Below the pieces are notes generated by a model. That model was not told where the DNA came from and did no database searches. It saw only the letters and a program-made list of their open reading frames with translations. From Bispira polyomma (Eukaryota), in NCBI GenBank assembly GCA_965649765.1, contig OZ287748.1, forward strand, positions 71,982,001-72,046,000: a DNA stretch of 64,000 nt, written 5' to 3'. The position numbers and the translations under genes were made by a program. This document shows, one piece after another, positions 50,200-64,000 of the stretch; within the stretch, counting starts at the first letter, position 1; every line of letters begins with the position of its first letter.

Positions 50200-53100
50200 A
50201 CCACCTTCAAAGGTCACAACATGTTATTGGACTAGCCATAAGCAAGGGATAGATAATCATATCCCATCAACACGTCTTAAAAAGGCAGTTTTCAATCAGC
50301 ATTTTGTGAACTAATTGTTCACAGTACAGCAGTACAGTGTTAGATAGCTATATAATATCTTGAGTCACACAAATGAAGTGTTCGTCTGATTATTACAATA
50401 ATTTCTGAATTCATCAGTATCACAGCAAAGAACAGGTCGGGATTGAAAACCATGGGCCTATGACACCTAATCGCCTAGCAGTGGACGAATTCCTCAAGGT
50501 CAGAAGGTGATACCTTACAAGTTCCAGATATTTGTTGGACACAAATAAAGATAGTTTGAGATGTTTATTATATACATATTAGTAAGGTATATCGGTATAA
50601 AAGTATCACAGAGGTACATGTAAGGGGTACTAAAGCAGCTTTATGGGTTGAATTTAGATATGTCCACACAGCCGAGGACCTCCACAGACAATGGGACATA
50701 ATATTCTAGAAAGAAACATTATTATTAAAAGCAAAGGTAGTCTCTGATCTGTGAAAAACTTAGAAGCTATGTCGTTGGAGTGGAATTCCCAAATGGGTTA
50801 ATACTTTTTTCAAAGCATTTCTGACATGTGGAGATGTCAATGCTGTGAACAGTGGGGAAGAAGAGTTAAGCCAGAACAATGACTATATTTACCATTTATA
50901 GGTGTACAATGGATAAATCTTGACCGTATATGTTGTAATATGGTGTTGCATATACTTGATCCGTCCGTATAACACCCATACCTGTTAAGCAAGCATCAAG
51001 ATAAATTGTGTGCTTTATGTTAGTTTCCAACGGTTTCATAAACACAACACTGTTAAATTTTAGAAAGAAATTTAGGAACCACTGGATGTCGCTGCAAATG
51101 CTGCCATTGATTTCAAACCGACTTGCTCCAGGATTATTTCTAAACTTCATTACAGGTCTATTTATGAAGACCCTGGCTGAACGCACACATTTGTGCAGAC
51201 AGAAATTTATCTCAAACAGATTGAAATTTGCTACGCAAAATCCATTTTTTATTTTTCTGTAATTTTTTCTTGTGTAATACTAATATTTTAAGTCATATAA
51301 ATCCGCAAATGCTGCGTCTGCCTTATCCATTGGCGATATGCAAATGTAATCATCTATGTAGCAATGGACAATATGTCCCTTTTGACGCATAACATCATCT
51401 ACTATATCTGAGCATTGCTGAAACGCAGCACTGCTATGAACCCAGCTAAACGTGACCGCTGCATACACATAGTATTCATCATCCCAGTGTATACCAAATT
51501 TGACTGCATCGGCTGGGTTTGCTTCAAATCACAAAATGCCCTGCTACGTCCAGTTTATATATCTGAGGGTCATCCGTATTATTAATCGTGCCTACTATTG
51601 TGGGAAATTTCAATGCGTATTCAAAACGCTGTCTGTCCACATTGTCGTTTACAGATTTGCCCTTTGGGTAAGATAAGTTCAGAATCACTCATCTCTTCGT
51701 AATATCTTTGGGGCAAGTTATAAGTGGTGAGCAGTGGTAGTGCTCATTGTTAATATGTCTTAGTGGGTTAAACATAGCACCCGATGCCTTTTCTTTTTCT
51801 AGATATTCACCTACTGTTGTTTTAAATTTGAGTGCAGAGTAAAATTTTGGAATAATGCTCTCATTCAAAACATCCGGATTATTAAGCGATAAGGGAAATC
51901 AAAATTTTAAGTATTGCAGAAGCAATTGATCCGGATGATCTTGAAGCAATTGCTCCCATTGAAATATATTTAGGTCCGACTGTATAGGAATGCATGCCCT
52001 TTTGTAATGCGCTACTCCAGTAGCTATGCTAACAATTTGTTCAACAGAAGTAATTTTCACAGAGTCCTTATCTGGGCCTAAGAATTTAAAATTTGTGTCA
52101 GACAGGGCTAAAAACCCATGTTTCTCATCAGGGTGATATCAATAAATCTGGTATTCCTTAGATCATACTTGCTGCTGTTCATCTTTTTGAAACATTTCAA
52201 ATTCCTGTTTGGCATTATGCATGTCTTTCCCCTGTGTATTCAGTTCCATTTGTGTCCGTAATGTGACTACTATTCTCAAATTGCTCAACATTAATGTCAA
52301 TATTTGGGACATCCACTGTTTTAATTGTGATAGTTTCTATCACACAAAGAGGTTGGCCAGGTTAGTCTATATGAGGTAACAAAATGCAACCATTGCTAAC
52401 GCTGTGAAATTTTTTTATGGGATTTTTAGCCCTCTTTTTTCTCACTAGGGTCAAAACAAAGTATCAGGCATTTGTGATACATTATCACCTGATTCATAGC
52501 TAAGCTGAAAAGGAAAACATTCAGTGGCTTTTCGTAATGCTCTGTGCACATTTTGCTGTTTTGAAAATTTGAAATATTCACCAGTATATTGCTGAGTATA
52601 ATTTTCAACAAATGTTTTACAGTTATTTTTGTCATCACAAACACCTGTGCCATTTCTGCTAGCTATCTTGTGACTAGCAGTATCATTTACATTATTCAGT
52701 TCATAAATGTTACTTCTATTAGTATTCCCAACATTAGAATGATAATTTTTCCTTCTAACATTACTATATTGTTCAGTCAAATGATCTGATAAATTGTGAC
52801 CAGTTTAACATTTATTGTCTAATATTTTATCATTCACTCTAGCACTGTTCAGTCCCTGGAATGTTCGATCAGTTGGTTGTCAAAAAACTACCAATGTACT
52901 ACCCTGGTTTTTCTGGACTTAAATACAATTTGCCTTATAACATTTGTACTGAGGGTGGGGACTATCTTTGTGAAGCGTTTGAGCACGATACCAGCAATTA
53001 TGTTTATACCGTCCATGGTGTGCCTTATAGAAACACCGACCAGAATTGAAAAGTTACATATTGGCTTACTGTCTTGACTGTCAGAACTACCTCTAGAATG

Positions 53101-53900
53101 TGAATTTTGACCACTTGCACCTTGTAAATTAACCATGGCTGTTTGGAAGGCACTTAATTTGTTGAGGGCCCACTGTGTGCTGTCCTTCCATTCCAATCTA
53201 TTTTGTTCGATTTCATGCATATTCACTTTCCAGGCGTTTTTAACTACAGACCATGGAAGTGAAGCTGTATCCTTCAGTGTTGCAATGACCTACCTGGTCA
53301 TTTTATCTTTGGTTATGGGATCAGTTACCTGCACAATATTACACAACTGACCAGCCGCTTATTATAGAATGTAAAGTTCGTCGAAACCGGGTATCCTCTT
53401 CTTTGAAGCAGCACCCCACCTACCCTCATTAGGCCATCTACGTGTAGGGTCAGCCTACGCAACGTAGGTACAGTTAAATCTCCCAGATTTTTGGCAAGCC
53501 GGTAGTTTACCTTGCAGTAGGTTTACTCTAGCAAGTGTCTCGTATTTAGTCAGTCGCCTCCTGACTTACTGTTGTACGTCAGGCATCGACTTCAGCACGT
53601 TCAGCGTCGGAACTATACTGTCCTGAGAAAACTCTTGCTGTGTAGGTCGGCCCTGCAGCATGAGTTTTGCAGTCATGGGTATATAGGTGTGTCACCTTCA
53701 ATTTTGGAATTTATTATGGAGAAATTATCAGGGACAATGGTTCAGTTGGGGTAGCATTGGTCTCGATACGGGTCTTGACAGAAGAATTCATCCGAATGTG
53801 CCTACACTATTAAGGTAGTAGTTAATTATAGTGAACTGATTGAAGGTGAAAGCAGATCCCGTGCTTATCAAATCCATAGCCATACTTTATCTGGGAGAAT
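50200..53900 (-). mobile_element. Second Ngaro-like YR retrotransposon, heavily decayed with internal deletions; ends approximate
   Basis: Minus-strand remnants colinear with element 1: gag (LQGKL...KSGRFN, MHEIEQNRLEWKD, Cys/His cluster), RT (CSPLITCPKD, HCYIDDY), RNase H (YLDACLTGMG) and YR C-terminus (HSF*VFHRS...SHCLWRSSAVWTYL, ~50600-50880). Confidence 0.9.
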
Positions 53901-54183
53901 AGACTACGGCTACGAAAAGGCTGTAGTTTTATTGGACAGAGATAGTTACAGTAAATTGGAAAATATCCTAATATTTGCTTTAAAATACACTATTACCAGT
54001 CTTTAAAACAAAAATAAAATCTTCAAGCTTGTACTTTGGGTAGACTTTTGGAATAATGTTCTGCCGCAAGGCGGTCCTTAAGTTTTATCGGTTTTTTCTC
54101 TGGTCCAATGAATATTTATTAAACTGTTTGATACATTCAATACTATCAGAGTTGTGCAGATTTGAAGCAGACACTTAGTAGTT

Positions 54184-54614
54184 CAGCGGCCGTATTCTCA
54201 AAAAAAATCTCAAACTCAAAGTTTTTGCTCAGTTGCTATGGTGACACACTCAGATTTGAGGTCAGATTAAATATCAGCTCACTTTGTATTCTCTAATAGT
54301 TTGAGTTGAGATTTTTGCATAACTCAAGCTCATAGTTGAGCAAGGCTGTATCTTGACTCAACTGTATGAAGAATTTCACTCAAATGTAATTTAAAAAATG
54401 ATCATGTGACCACAGGTCCAATATATAACAATAAGTTAAGATTGGCCTGTTTTTATTTTGGATGTGTGCCAAAATCTCTAGATTTTAGTCTGAGCTTGGA
54501 AAAAAATCTCAGCTGTGGTTGAGTGAAAATACCAAGAGAGAATACAAAATTGAGAAGAAACTCAGCCCATGAAGTTGAGTTTGAGCTTGAATTTTTTTCG
54601 AAATACTGCCGCTG
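54184..54614. mobile_element. MITE, CWG-flanked, cagcggccgtattc...aaatactgccgctg ends
   Basis: About 35-bp imperfect TIRs with ctca/tgag subrepeats. Confidence 0.7.
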
Positions 54615-55920
54615 ATTTTTAAAGTTCTTTAATCTGCCTTTTTTGTTTTGTTTTTTGCACTCTCTTGGTGTTTATTTTAGCATTTGTTTAGAGTAGTTTA
54701 TCGTAAACATTACATTAATCAATGTGTCCATTATATTCTACTATTGTCATTCATTGTCTTCTTACTTGTCCTTACAACCCCCTTTTCCCAACTACACTAG
54801 CTTTTGGCTCAATTGGTTTTCCATAAAGACAAATATTGACAGGGCAATTATGACACAATTGGTGAAATCCCCCCAGTAAATAGATATCAAATAGTCTCCT
54901 TTGTGGCTTCATATATATACTTAAAGCTCTTATCCTAAGGGCTGGCTGCATGGTTGAGGTAATTTTAAAAATATTTTAGGGTGTGTTCTTTATATAAATT
55001 CCTAAATATCATATTAAAATTTATTAGATTACACAATACAGGGTTCCATTCTAGGCCATACTTATAAGTTTGTTTTTACTATACCAAAGTGAACTTTTTA
55101 ACGGGAAGTGGGTATTATTATTTATCACATTTATTCCACGTGATCGGGTGTGAATGAAACAAGTATCATTTTAATTCTTTGCAAAATCATAAATTCATTT
55201 GTATTTATAATATAAAGTTTACACACGCCAGTTATTTTATCAGCATAAACAAATACATGATATATATGAACGTTTTTAAGATGTAAAAGCACTCAATTAA
55301 CCTGATACATTATATAGCTTGCAAAATAAAGCTTTGAATATGATTCATCATTCTTCTTTTTAACTGTAACAATTAAAAATTCAAATATATAGGTAATAAT
55401 TAACATGACACCTAACCCCCCCCCCCCACCCCCCACCCCCCCCAAAAAAAATAAATTTTTTTTAAATATTATAATGGTTTTAACTCTCACTATTACTCAT
55501 TACCGATATTGGTGTGGTATGGATTTAGCCATATTATCCCTGTGTTACTGAATCTATCTTTAAATTATAACCTCTAGATTATTTTAAGGGTACTGCAATC
55601 TATCTGTGTTTTATAAATTACAACTTATTGGTTGTAAAGTAAACAAAAAGACAAAAAGACTACATATTATTAGATTACCTATAATTTGTTTCCTATTTAG
55701 ATTGAAAATGGCTCAAATGAATGCAAAGAAAAAAAGAAATAGACTTAGTAGAAGTGGCCTCCCGATCAACTAAATTCTTTATAAACCAAAGCCTGAAGGA
55801 TAATGAACCTCTGGTTAATTAAAATCAACTCTCACAAAAGAAGGACAGTAGAAAACAAATGAAAAAGATGACCCCCCCCCCCCCCCCCCCCCCCCGAGAA
55901 TGAATCATGTACCTATCGCG

Positions 55921-55928
55921 TGACGTCA
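55921..55928. promoter_or_regulatory. Full CRE palindrome TGACGTCA ~740 bp upstream of the GPCR ATG
   Basis: Exact 8-mer in a locally CpG-retaining patch (atcgcgtgacgtcac). Function is not shown. Confidence 0.3.
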
Positions 55929-56660
55929 CAGATCTGTCTTCCCCTGGTGGTGAGTTTCACTTAGAGATGGTGCCTTGATAAATGCCAACAGCCGCATTAC
56001 TTTTATAAATGTGACAAAGTGTACAGACGAGGGGGAGACAATAACAGCTTACAGACAACATCTATGTTGGTTGTTTTTCTGGTTGTTTTTTTGTTTTTTT
56101 TTTGTTGTCGTTGTTGTTGTTTTTTTTTAACTTCACCGCTACAAGATATGCAAGTTGAGACAGGAAAGAGATAGTGTAACTATTCAGGATAAATAGCTGG
56201 GGAGATAAGTGATTAGATCTCCAATAATGAAAGGGTCTTATGTTCTAATATAGTTGAAGAAGCCAATAAAGAGGGGGTGTTGCTTGCTCAAGCTCTGTTA
56301 TGGGGAGATTTTTACTCTACAGATAAACATTGAACACTGACAATGTGGCCTTGAAAAGATATGACAAAAAAACAAACACATGATTTTTAGGATGTGATGA
56401 AAATACTTGTATTCAATGTAAATGTGCAACTATATTGCAATTTTTCATAAAAGGTGAGTAACAGAAAAGACATAGTCTATTCACAAACATAGAAGGAAAT
56501 TTGACGATTTGCTGATGACACAAACAAACTGTTGTAATTATAGAAATGATTGATCAACACTAGAAAAGTACACTTATTTTAAATTTTTGTACTTTTTGGG
56601 GGGCAATAGACTCCAACCTTTAAAAAACAAGAAGTAAAATATCACTGTTTAACAACAACA

Positions 56661-56921
56661 ATGACTTGGATATCTGCTTGTGGTCTGATCAATTTACCCA
56701 TTTACTACTGTTTGTTATACAGTATTCATGCACAATCTTACTGTCACTCAGAGTCTACAGAACCCTTAGACTTGCCCATTTTGGCTTTGTTCCCTAAGTC
56801 TGGCTGGTGGCCAGGAGGCGAAGCCTTACACGTGGCTGCCAAGATGGCAGTGGAAGATGTCAACTCCAGGGCAGATATCTTACCCGGATACAGCTTACAG
56901 ATGGAGTGGAACAATACAGAG
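56661..56921 (+). CDS. GABA-B-receptor-like class C GPCR, coding exon 1 (signal peptide and start of Venus flytrap domain)
   Basis: ILALFPKSGWWPGGEALHVAAKMAVEDVNSRADILPGYSLQM resembles GABA-B1 GWPGG..A..MALEDVNSR.DILP.Y.L. Donor GAG|gtgggt, phase 0. The exact 5' boundary is uncertain. Confidence 0.85.
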
Positions 56922-59900
56922 GTGGGTTGTTTTTTAAGGGATGTAACCCATGACAATCCACCAGGGATATAACAGAAGAATTTTACCATGATTAAAGGCT
57001 TAGGAATACGAAGGTGTAGCCTGAGTTTTTTTACAACTTTAAGAGTGGTGAAATGGCAGTATGTCCCTGGTTTGGAATGGGTTATAAAGCTTAAACATAA
57101 GCAAATTAAAATTGTTACATAAATCTAGCTATATCTGAAATATATCCATTCACTGTTGAGAACTGCTCAACTAGATTGAGGAAGAAAACGGTCTTGGCCA
57201 TTCCAATGTTACAGTGCTAGATTTTACTATACTTATGAGCTAATTAGAATCGGTGACACAAGCTGGTCATGTTAAAATAGATGTTTAAATTATTAATTTG
57301 TTTTGTTTCTTTAATTGCTTTATAATAGGAGGTGACAGTGATTGGGAGTCCATTGCATTTAGTTATTAAGTAAAAAAATTGCATGTGTTTGAGCAACCTT
57401 GCCTCCCACATCTGCAGTCATGGGTTCAAATCTCGGCCCTGGCATGTATGCAGGAAAATTAGCACTATGTTTGCTAAAGGATGGTGATTTACAGAACAGA
57501 AACCCTTGAACAATACCATGCTCTGAATTCATCCACTGTTGAAATTCTTGTCGCGATATCAGTCAAGTTTACCACAGTATTACTAGAGCCATGTAAACAA
57601 ATACTCTAGCAATAGTCTTTTTTCACCCAAATCAATGTGAGAAAGTTTTTAGTATCACTAATTTTATTCTTTTTAAAATTGGGGTTTGTAGAGTTTGATA
57701 GTGTTCAACTGGACCGATCTTACAAAGATATATATTTTGCCCACTTATCTGATATTTTCTTAAAATCCCATCATAAATCTGTGTGGTTACTTGTTATAAA
57801 AATATTACCAATTTAAACAGTTTTAATTTTATGAAGCTATCCTTGTGAATTGGTGAGTGCAAGGATATGGGTAAATTTATTTTCAATCTACACACGTGTG
57901 TTAGTAGACCCCGGTGACATGATACATTATAAGATTACAATTAGTATTAATAATATATAAGTATATAACTCTATGACCAAATTGTACTTTGCAACTATAA
58001 GCCACAACTCTGTTGCCATTGACATATTTTGAAGAATTGCAGATTTTTTCATCTTTGGTGCTAAAATGTTGTTTTTGTCTTACATACACTTTTTTGAGCA
58101 AGTTACCATAAGGTTAGTAGTTATAAGGCTAAAGTATCATTAAATTCATGTGCATAACAGCATTTTTTTGGCCTACCATTTTAATCATTATAATGGTTAT
58201 TTGTTAAAAATTATGTGGGTATTATGTATAATATCTGTATATATCAGACAAAATCAAACCTTCTTGAGAAGACTTCTTCATACTAAAAACAAGCCTTTCT
58301 AATGTGTATAGCTGTCCCCTATGTGTGTAAGGCATGCGACCTTTCCAAGAGTTTTAATTGCAAGTAAAGTAACTATAAACTGGTATTAACCTTGATAGTA
58401 AATGTCGTCTGGTTCTTGATGAATTAGTCCAAATAGGGCGAGGAACAAGGAAGAGAGAGATCTGATTAGGATCAAAGGATGCATGTTGAATACATTTACA
58501 TCTTAAGGTGAAAGTTACTCAGAATATGTCATAAAGATTACACATTGATAATATTAGTTACCCTTTTACAAGTGTCTTATTGGGATCAAAAATATTACGG
58601 GCAATACTTTGTTGACATATAATAGAATGTCATGTAACTGTAATATATCTCTGTCACTGTAATATTCAAACAAGAAGTATCTAATATCAACAAAAAGAAA
58701 GCTATGTCACAGGTGAAGATGCATTTTGTTACATATTTTATTCCCATTTTTCCTAGTTTTGGTCACCAAGTTTGAATATTTTACCAATTTAATTTATAAA
58801 TGTTAGATTTCAAAGGTGTCACATTTTACTGCAATCTGAATATTAGTTAACTTCATGAAACACAGTTGTACATATGCATTAGATTTGAATTAAATTTAGG
58901 TTTTACTCTGGTGATATTAGGATGTGACAGTGTCACCCATATAATAAATAATAAATAGCATATATGCAATTTTTATTTATTATTGAAGTATATATATAGC
59001 GCATTACTGATATTTCATCCTCTAAGGCACTCATTCTCCGAAAGAGATAGTCTTACAACATAGCCTGGGTCATCATCAGTAAGCAATGGCGTGTTTACAT
59101 CTTGGCCAAGGAAGTTATATCCTTGCTGAACCTAGCAGATTAAGCCTGAGTTGAACCGGGGACCTTCTGGTCACCAGACCAACTCTCTAACCACTAGGCC
59201 ATCTATATTTATGTGGGGCCATATTCACAAACATTCTTATTTCGAATACAATTTTTGAATTTTAAAATCTCGGTCAATCCTTTTTCTCTGAAACAATATT
59301 TTTTGCCTATTAAATTGGTTGAAACAAATATTTAAGCATAAATAATCTTTGTGAATGCTAGCCCTGGTTAGTTAATAGTTGCAACTAACTCTTATTACTG
59401 GTATAACTTTATGTAATTTTGGCTTGGTAAAATCTAGGGGGAGAAGGGGGTTTTTACTATAAAGCCTTTACAACTCTGCTCTGCAACACATTTTATATCT
59501 AACTTCTACTAGTGACACATACAAAACAGTTGTAGCAATGTCAAACATTTTCAACCCTCAATGTCCACATTTAAACCTATTGACACCTAATATACCTTAC
59601 ACAATCCCTGCTAGTCGTGTTAATAGGGACAGGTTAAACAACCTCCACTGAGCATCAAGTGTTTTCTTTCTTCTCAGAACAACATACACCATTTCTAGAG
59701 AGATGGTTCATTGTGGTAATTCCAATGCACAAAACCATTTGCCACCCACTGAGCGTTTTATTGCCTTTCCTTCGGGACCTACATTTGCCATGTTTACAAT
59801 TTTTAATTAAATTAAGACTACCTTAATTTGAAATGATGTAATATGTTCCACCATGTTAATGAATATCAACATATTTAAATGTATTTTTTATATATATATA

Positions 59901-61880
59901 TACATATTTTTAATACCATTACTCAAGCTCTCTCTCTACCTAAGATATCCATAACAGTTTCACCTAAATCTTAGGATATTACGACCCCCTAACTTGTGCC
60001 TTTCAGTTTTAAGACTGTCTTTACACCATTGTCCTTGCAAGCAAACACTCCTTCCAAGGTTAGCCTTGTAAATATGCGACAAATAATGTGACGACTGAAT
60101 AGCCTTCACTACCTTAAATTGCAAGTAATGTACATGTGAAGCAGTATGAAGCCGTATGATACATGGTCATAAATATCTCCAATAAAGGCCTTTCTTTACA
60201 CCAGTTTAAGAATCCCATCAAGTGATGCTTTCCATCTTATAGCTTTGTTCTGTTTATCAACACTTGAACTGTCCTGTACAACCTGTTGCGTGCATCAGGC
60301 CATTTAGAACTACAGGGGCATTATTTTATTAGAGGCGCAATTACAGCTGGCTACAACAGGGTCTCTATCGTTGCAACAAGTTCCCTTCTAATATAACAGA
60401 ACAACAGAACCTGAGAATTCTCTGTGTTTACAGTTGTTACAGGACAATTAGAATGTCATGTTTTCAAAAAAAAAATATATATATTAATGTTTGAGTTGGT
60501 AAGACCCTGTAATACAACAATCTGAAGAACACTAAAGTCAAAGATTGCACATAACATGTTTGAAAATTTAGTTTGTTAAAAATGCTTAGCCACATATAGA
60601 ATAGTTTGTTTATACATCAACCCATATCAACCCATTAGTCATTTTACACATCAAATGTGAGTTATAACACATTAGTCTATTTAACTATTTAAAATGCAGC
60701 CTTAGTATCTTTATTTATTACCAAATACCATTTACATGAAAGCTGTACAGCATGTTAATGTTTTTGATCAAAATCGGTCTAAAATTCGAAATCGTAGAAT
60801 ACCTGTTTTACACTTGCTACAGGACAATTTGAATGTAATATGTTTTAGTTGAATTCATATTTTTAAGTTTGAGTCAATAAAAAAAAACCTATAACAATAC
60901 TTTACACAAAAGTCTTCAAGTGAGTTTTTGTTTATTTATAAGGAATCTGAATTGTTTTAAAAACAATCCCAGTGAACATTTAAATTATCTGATACACTGT
61001 CAATACATCCTACAACTATGTGTAGTCGCAAAGCAACAGACATAAAGTCTGAAAGTTACTTGTTTTAACAACAAATGCTTACGGGTAAATCTTGGCATTG
61101 TTTACTCATGAGGTATTAACTCAGAGTATGTTTTAGTCCTACCCTAAGTAAATTTTAGCTTTGTTTAATTATGTGGTATTAAGAGTATGTTTTAGTCCTA
61201 CCCCAGCAGTGACATTTCCTACGAGTAGAGAAGTGGATTTGAAACGCTGGAAACACATATTGCAAACAAAAACAAAATAAATTTTGATATTTTCTGACAC
61301 ACACTGCATGCACACTTATCCTAATATGTTAGTTTCACCTTAAACCTACGACACTCCTAACCAGTATATTGACTTAAAGTAAGACCACTGGTAACTTTTA
61401 ACTTAAACTGACCATATATAGTTTATTACATTGCTCTATTAACATCTACACTAACTTACTAGTTACACATATGAGTATGTAATACACAAAATATGAGTGT
61501 ATAACTGGTATGTGGTAACTAACCACCTCTCCTACACCCTCTTCCCCAGCCAAACTGTAGCACAATGTTTTCATCTATATCCGACGGTAGCATTGCAGCA
61601 TCAATGTTGAGGTTTGCATCTGCTTCAAGACGTGTTGTGAGAAAAAAGAATCATACTATTGCTAAGTAAGCCCCCCCCCCCCCCCCACCCTCTCCCCCTC
61701 AAACTGTAGCCCCAAACAAAGTAGTTTTTATCATTTTTATCAGACAACAGCAGGCTGGATATTAAATGTTGAGGTTTGTCATCTTCTTTGAGATGTATTG
61801 TGAGACACAAGAATCACACTTCTGGTATATTTCCAGCAGAAAGTCTGATGACATATGTTATCGTTGCTGTTGCTTTACAG

Positions 61881-62018
61881 TGTATACCTAAGGTAGGAAC
61901 AAAGATACTACACCAGATGTTGGACACTGGTAAGCCCAAGGTAATGCTGCTTGGTCCGTCTACTTCAGACGTCAGTGAAGCTACAGCACAGGTGGCTTAT
62001 GTCTGGAATGTAGTACAG
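61881..62018 (+). CDS. GABA-B-like GPCR, exon 2 (CIPKVGTKILHQML...LLGPSTSDVSEATAQVAYVWNVVQ)
   Basis: ANF-receptor/VFT motifs. Acceptor ttacag, donor CAG|gtgagt. 46 codons, phase 0-0. Confidence 0.9.
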
Positions 62019-63287
62019 GTGAGTCCTACTGATCCCACTTACCATAGCCAATAAAATTGTCTTGTTTCAATCCTATGTTCAGGTAAAAAAGCATAAGTAT
62101 GTGGATTTTTAAGGTATTTGTAAATCATTCACTTAGACTGGTTAATATAGTGCTTCGGACAGTGAATGTGTAAGGCTCCTGACAAATATATGTTATGTAA
62201 TACATGTATATATATGGAGAACCACATATTCATGGTTTACATAGATTTGACATAGTCTAAACCATAATAGTTTAGAACAACTCCACAGAACTCTTCGATT
62301 GCATCAATGAATCTGATTCACTGAGAGAAAGAAATCTGACAAATTTAGTAACAGTAAATAACTTTCCTACGTTTGCAACTAAGAAGGGTTTTATACCGAC
62401 CTCGATGGTAGTTAACAACACAGATTTAAACATCTAAACTCCTGTAAGGATAAATGGAACTTTGAGTCATTTAAACAGAACTGGTTAATTCAACATTTGC
62501 ATGATGTTTGGAATTATCATTTGCAAGTTTCTTGGGTACGGGAAGTCATTACATTTTAAGTTGTTTTTGTAAGATTGTGTATGACCTTCAAAGTGTGTCT
62601 TTAAATGAGCTTAATGTAAACTTAGTGTGCTGTGCTCCGGACATAACATCTGTTTTCACAATAGTTTAAGTAGCACATAATACTTGCTCTGTTTTAATTA
62701 CTACTAAAATACTGCTTGTAGTTACATGGAAAACCAATGAATTTATATTAAGAAATACATATAGTTTAAGGTGGACAAAAACCGGAAATTGTATTTCTTC
62801 ATAGACTATTGAAAATCCCTGTTTATCTCTCTTATGTCCACACAAATATACAAATACTCTTTTTCTTATTATTTCTACATAAACCAGCTTTACATTATAC
62901 CTGTGCCCCTATCCCACTCTAATATCCATAAATTTAACTTTCAGTTTAACATTGCTCTCAATAACTAAGCATAATTTCACAAGAGGGTCAATGTTTTAAA
63001 CCCTGATTACACAGGTGTTACATAGGTGGAACCACTGCATGTTTTTTTGGTGAAAGGAAAACCAGAACAGAGGTGTTGGTACATGGTTTTCTACACTGAG
63101 AAGCAATTGTCTCAAGCTAGTCTACTGCTAACTTTTCCACATGTATGTTGTAAGCCCAGAATCAGTAAATCACATCTGTAGAGCTTACACACACCACATT
63201 ACTACACCATTCACCCCATAGATTTATCGAAATTCCTCTATATAATAGTAACCCTGCACACAGACTATTTTTATCTATATTCACCAG

Positions 63288-63458
63288 CTCTCCACAGTAG
63301 CAGTGTCTCCCACCCTCTCTAACAAAAACAAGTACCCCTGGTTCTTCCGGGTGAGTGGACCAGAGCTTAAACTGAATCCAGCCCGACTGGCCATGATGGC
63401 TGCCTTTGGTTGGGAGAAGGTGGCCATCTTGTACCAGTCTATAGAGTTCCTTATAGCT
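63288..63458 (+). CDS. GABA-B-like GPCR, exon 3 (LSTVAVSPTLSNKNKYPWFFRVSGPELKLNPARLAMMAAFGWEKVAILYQ...); gene continues beyond the window
   Basis: SP.LSN...YP.FFR and NPAR....F.W.KVA motifs. Acceptor caccag, donor GCT|gtaagt. 57 codons. Not in the ORF track. Confidence 0.9.
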
Positions 63459-64000
63459 GTAAGTATTACATTTTATTATTAAGGAATAAGCTATTTCAAA
63501 CCATGGATATAAATAAATTGGCCACAATAGGAGGCGTAGTAACACAAAAACGTGAAACGTGGTTAAAGTACCATATATTACTGATTTGCAGTCGTTTATT
63601 ACAACTCCAAACTGTCAAATTAAAGTAATCACCTGAATCCTAATTTAATAACTGTAATATTAGGTCACTGGAGGAAATCATTTTCATCTGGGCATAAAAA
63701 CACTATGACGAAATAGCAAATATGTATGTACTAAATTTTACTGAAGCTTCCGACTAATCAAAATTACAGACACAACTGTCTTATGTTAGAATATTACTTT
63801 ATACTCAATGTAGTATCTGCCAACATTCTAGGCTCAAAGTGCTAATTTAACTTTCTTTGGCTTTTAGGATGGCCATTTCGATATGCCCCTAAAAGCCTGG
63901 TCACACCTACACGTGCTGGAGCTATGTGTGCGTGACGTTTTCAATTGTTCTGAAAGTTAGTATAAACATAGTAGAAGGTAATGCAAAAGTGAGGATTCCT

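Noticed and set aside
41843-56661. Functional linkage of two adjacent neuro-signalling genes
   Set aside because: Adjacency alone is weak evidence in animal genomes, and synteny or co-expression data are not available here.
63162-63545. 127-aa minus-strand ORF
   Set aside because: It is the antisense shadow of GPCR exon 3.

Overview
AT-rich, intron-containing animal genomic DNA. The SINE and transposon types suggest a lophotrochozoan invertebrate such as a mollusc; this is inference. Two host genes lie on the + strand. (1) A complete 8-coding-exon gene (6735-41843, 587 aa by my splicing, all intron phases compatible) encodes a signal peptide-CUB-CUB-LDLa-TM-cytoplasmic tail protein of NETO/SOL-2-like architecture. 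(2) The first three coding exons (56661-63458) of a GABA-B-receptor-like class C GPCR run off the window end. Intron 6 of gene 1 holds a nested pair. The outer element is a TSD-bounded, 5'-truncated L1/Tx1-type LINE (- strand, 30541-39300) whose upstream ORF remnant ends in a NADAR/YbiA-family domain missed by the ORF track. Inserted into it is a near-complete Ngaro-like tyrosine-recombinase (YR) retrotransposon (+ strand, ~31110-36647). A second, decayed Ngaro-like element lies at ~50200-53900 (- strand). The rest is tRNA-derived SINEs, MITEs (some nested three deep), L2/CR1 3' fragments and tandem repeats. The main leads are the NADAR domain in a LINE and the apparent expression logic of the YR elements (in-frame gag-pol junction with a shared hairpin, a conserved splice donor in phase with YR, a TAATG stop-start overlap).
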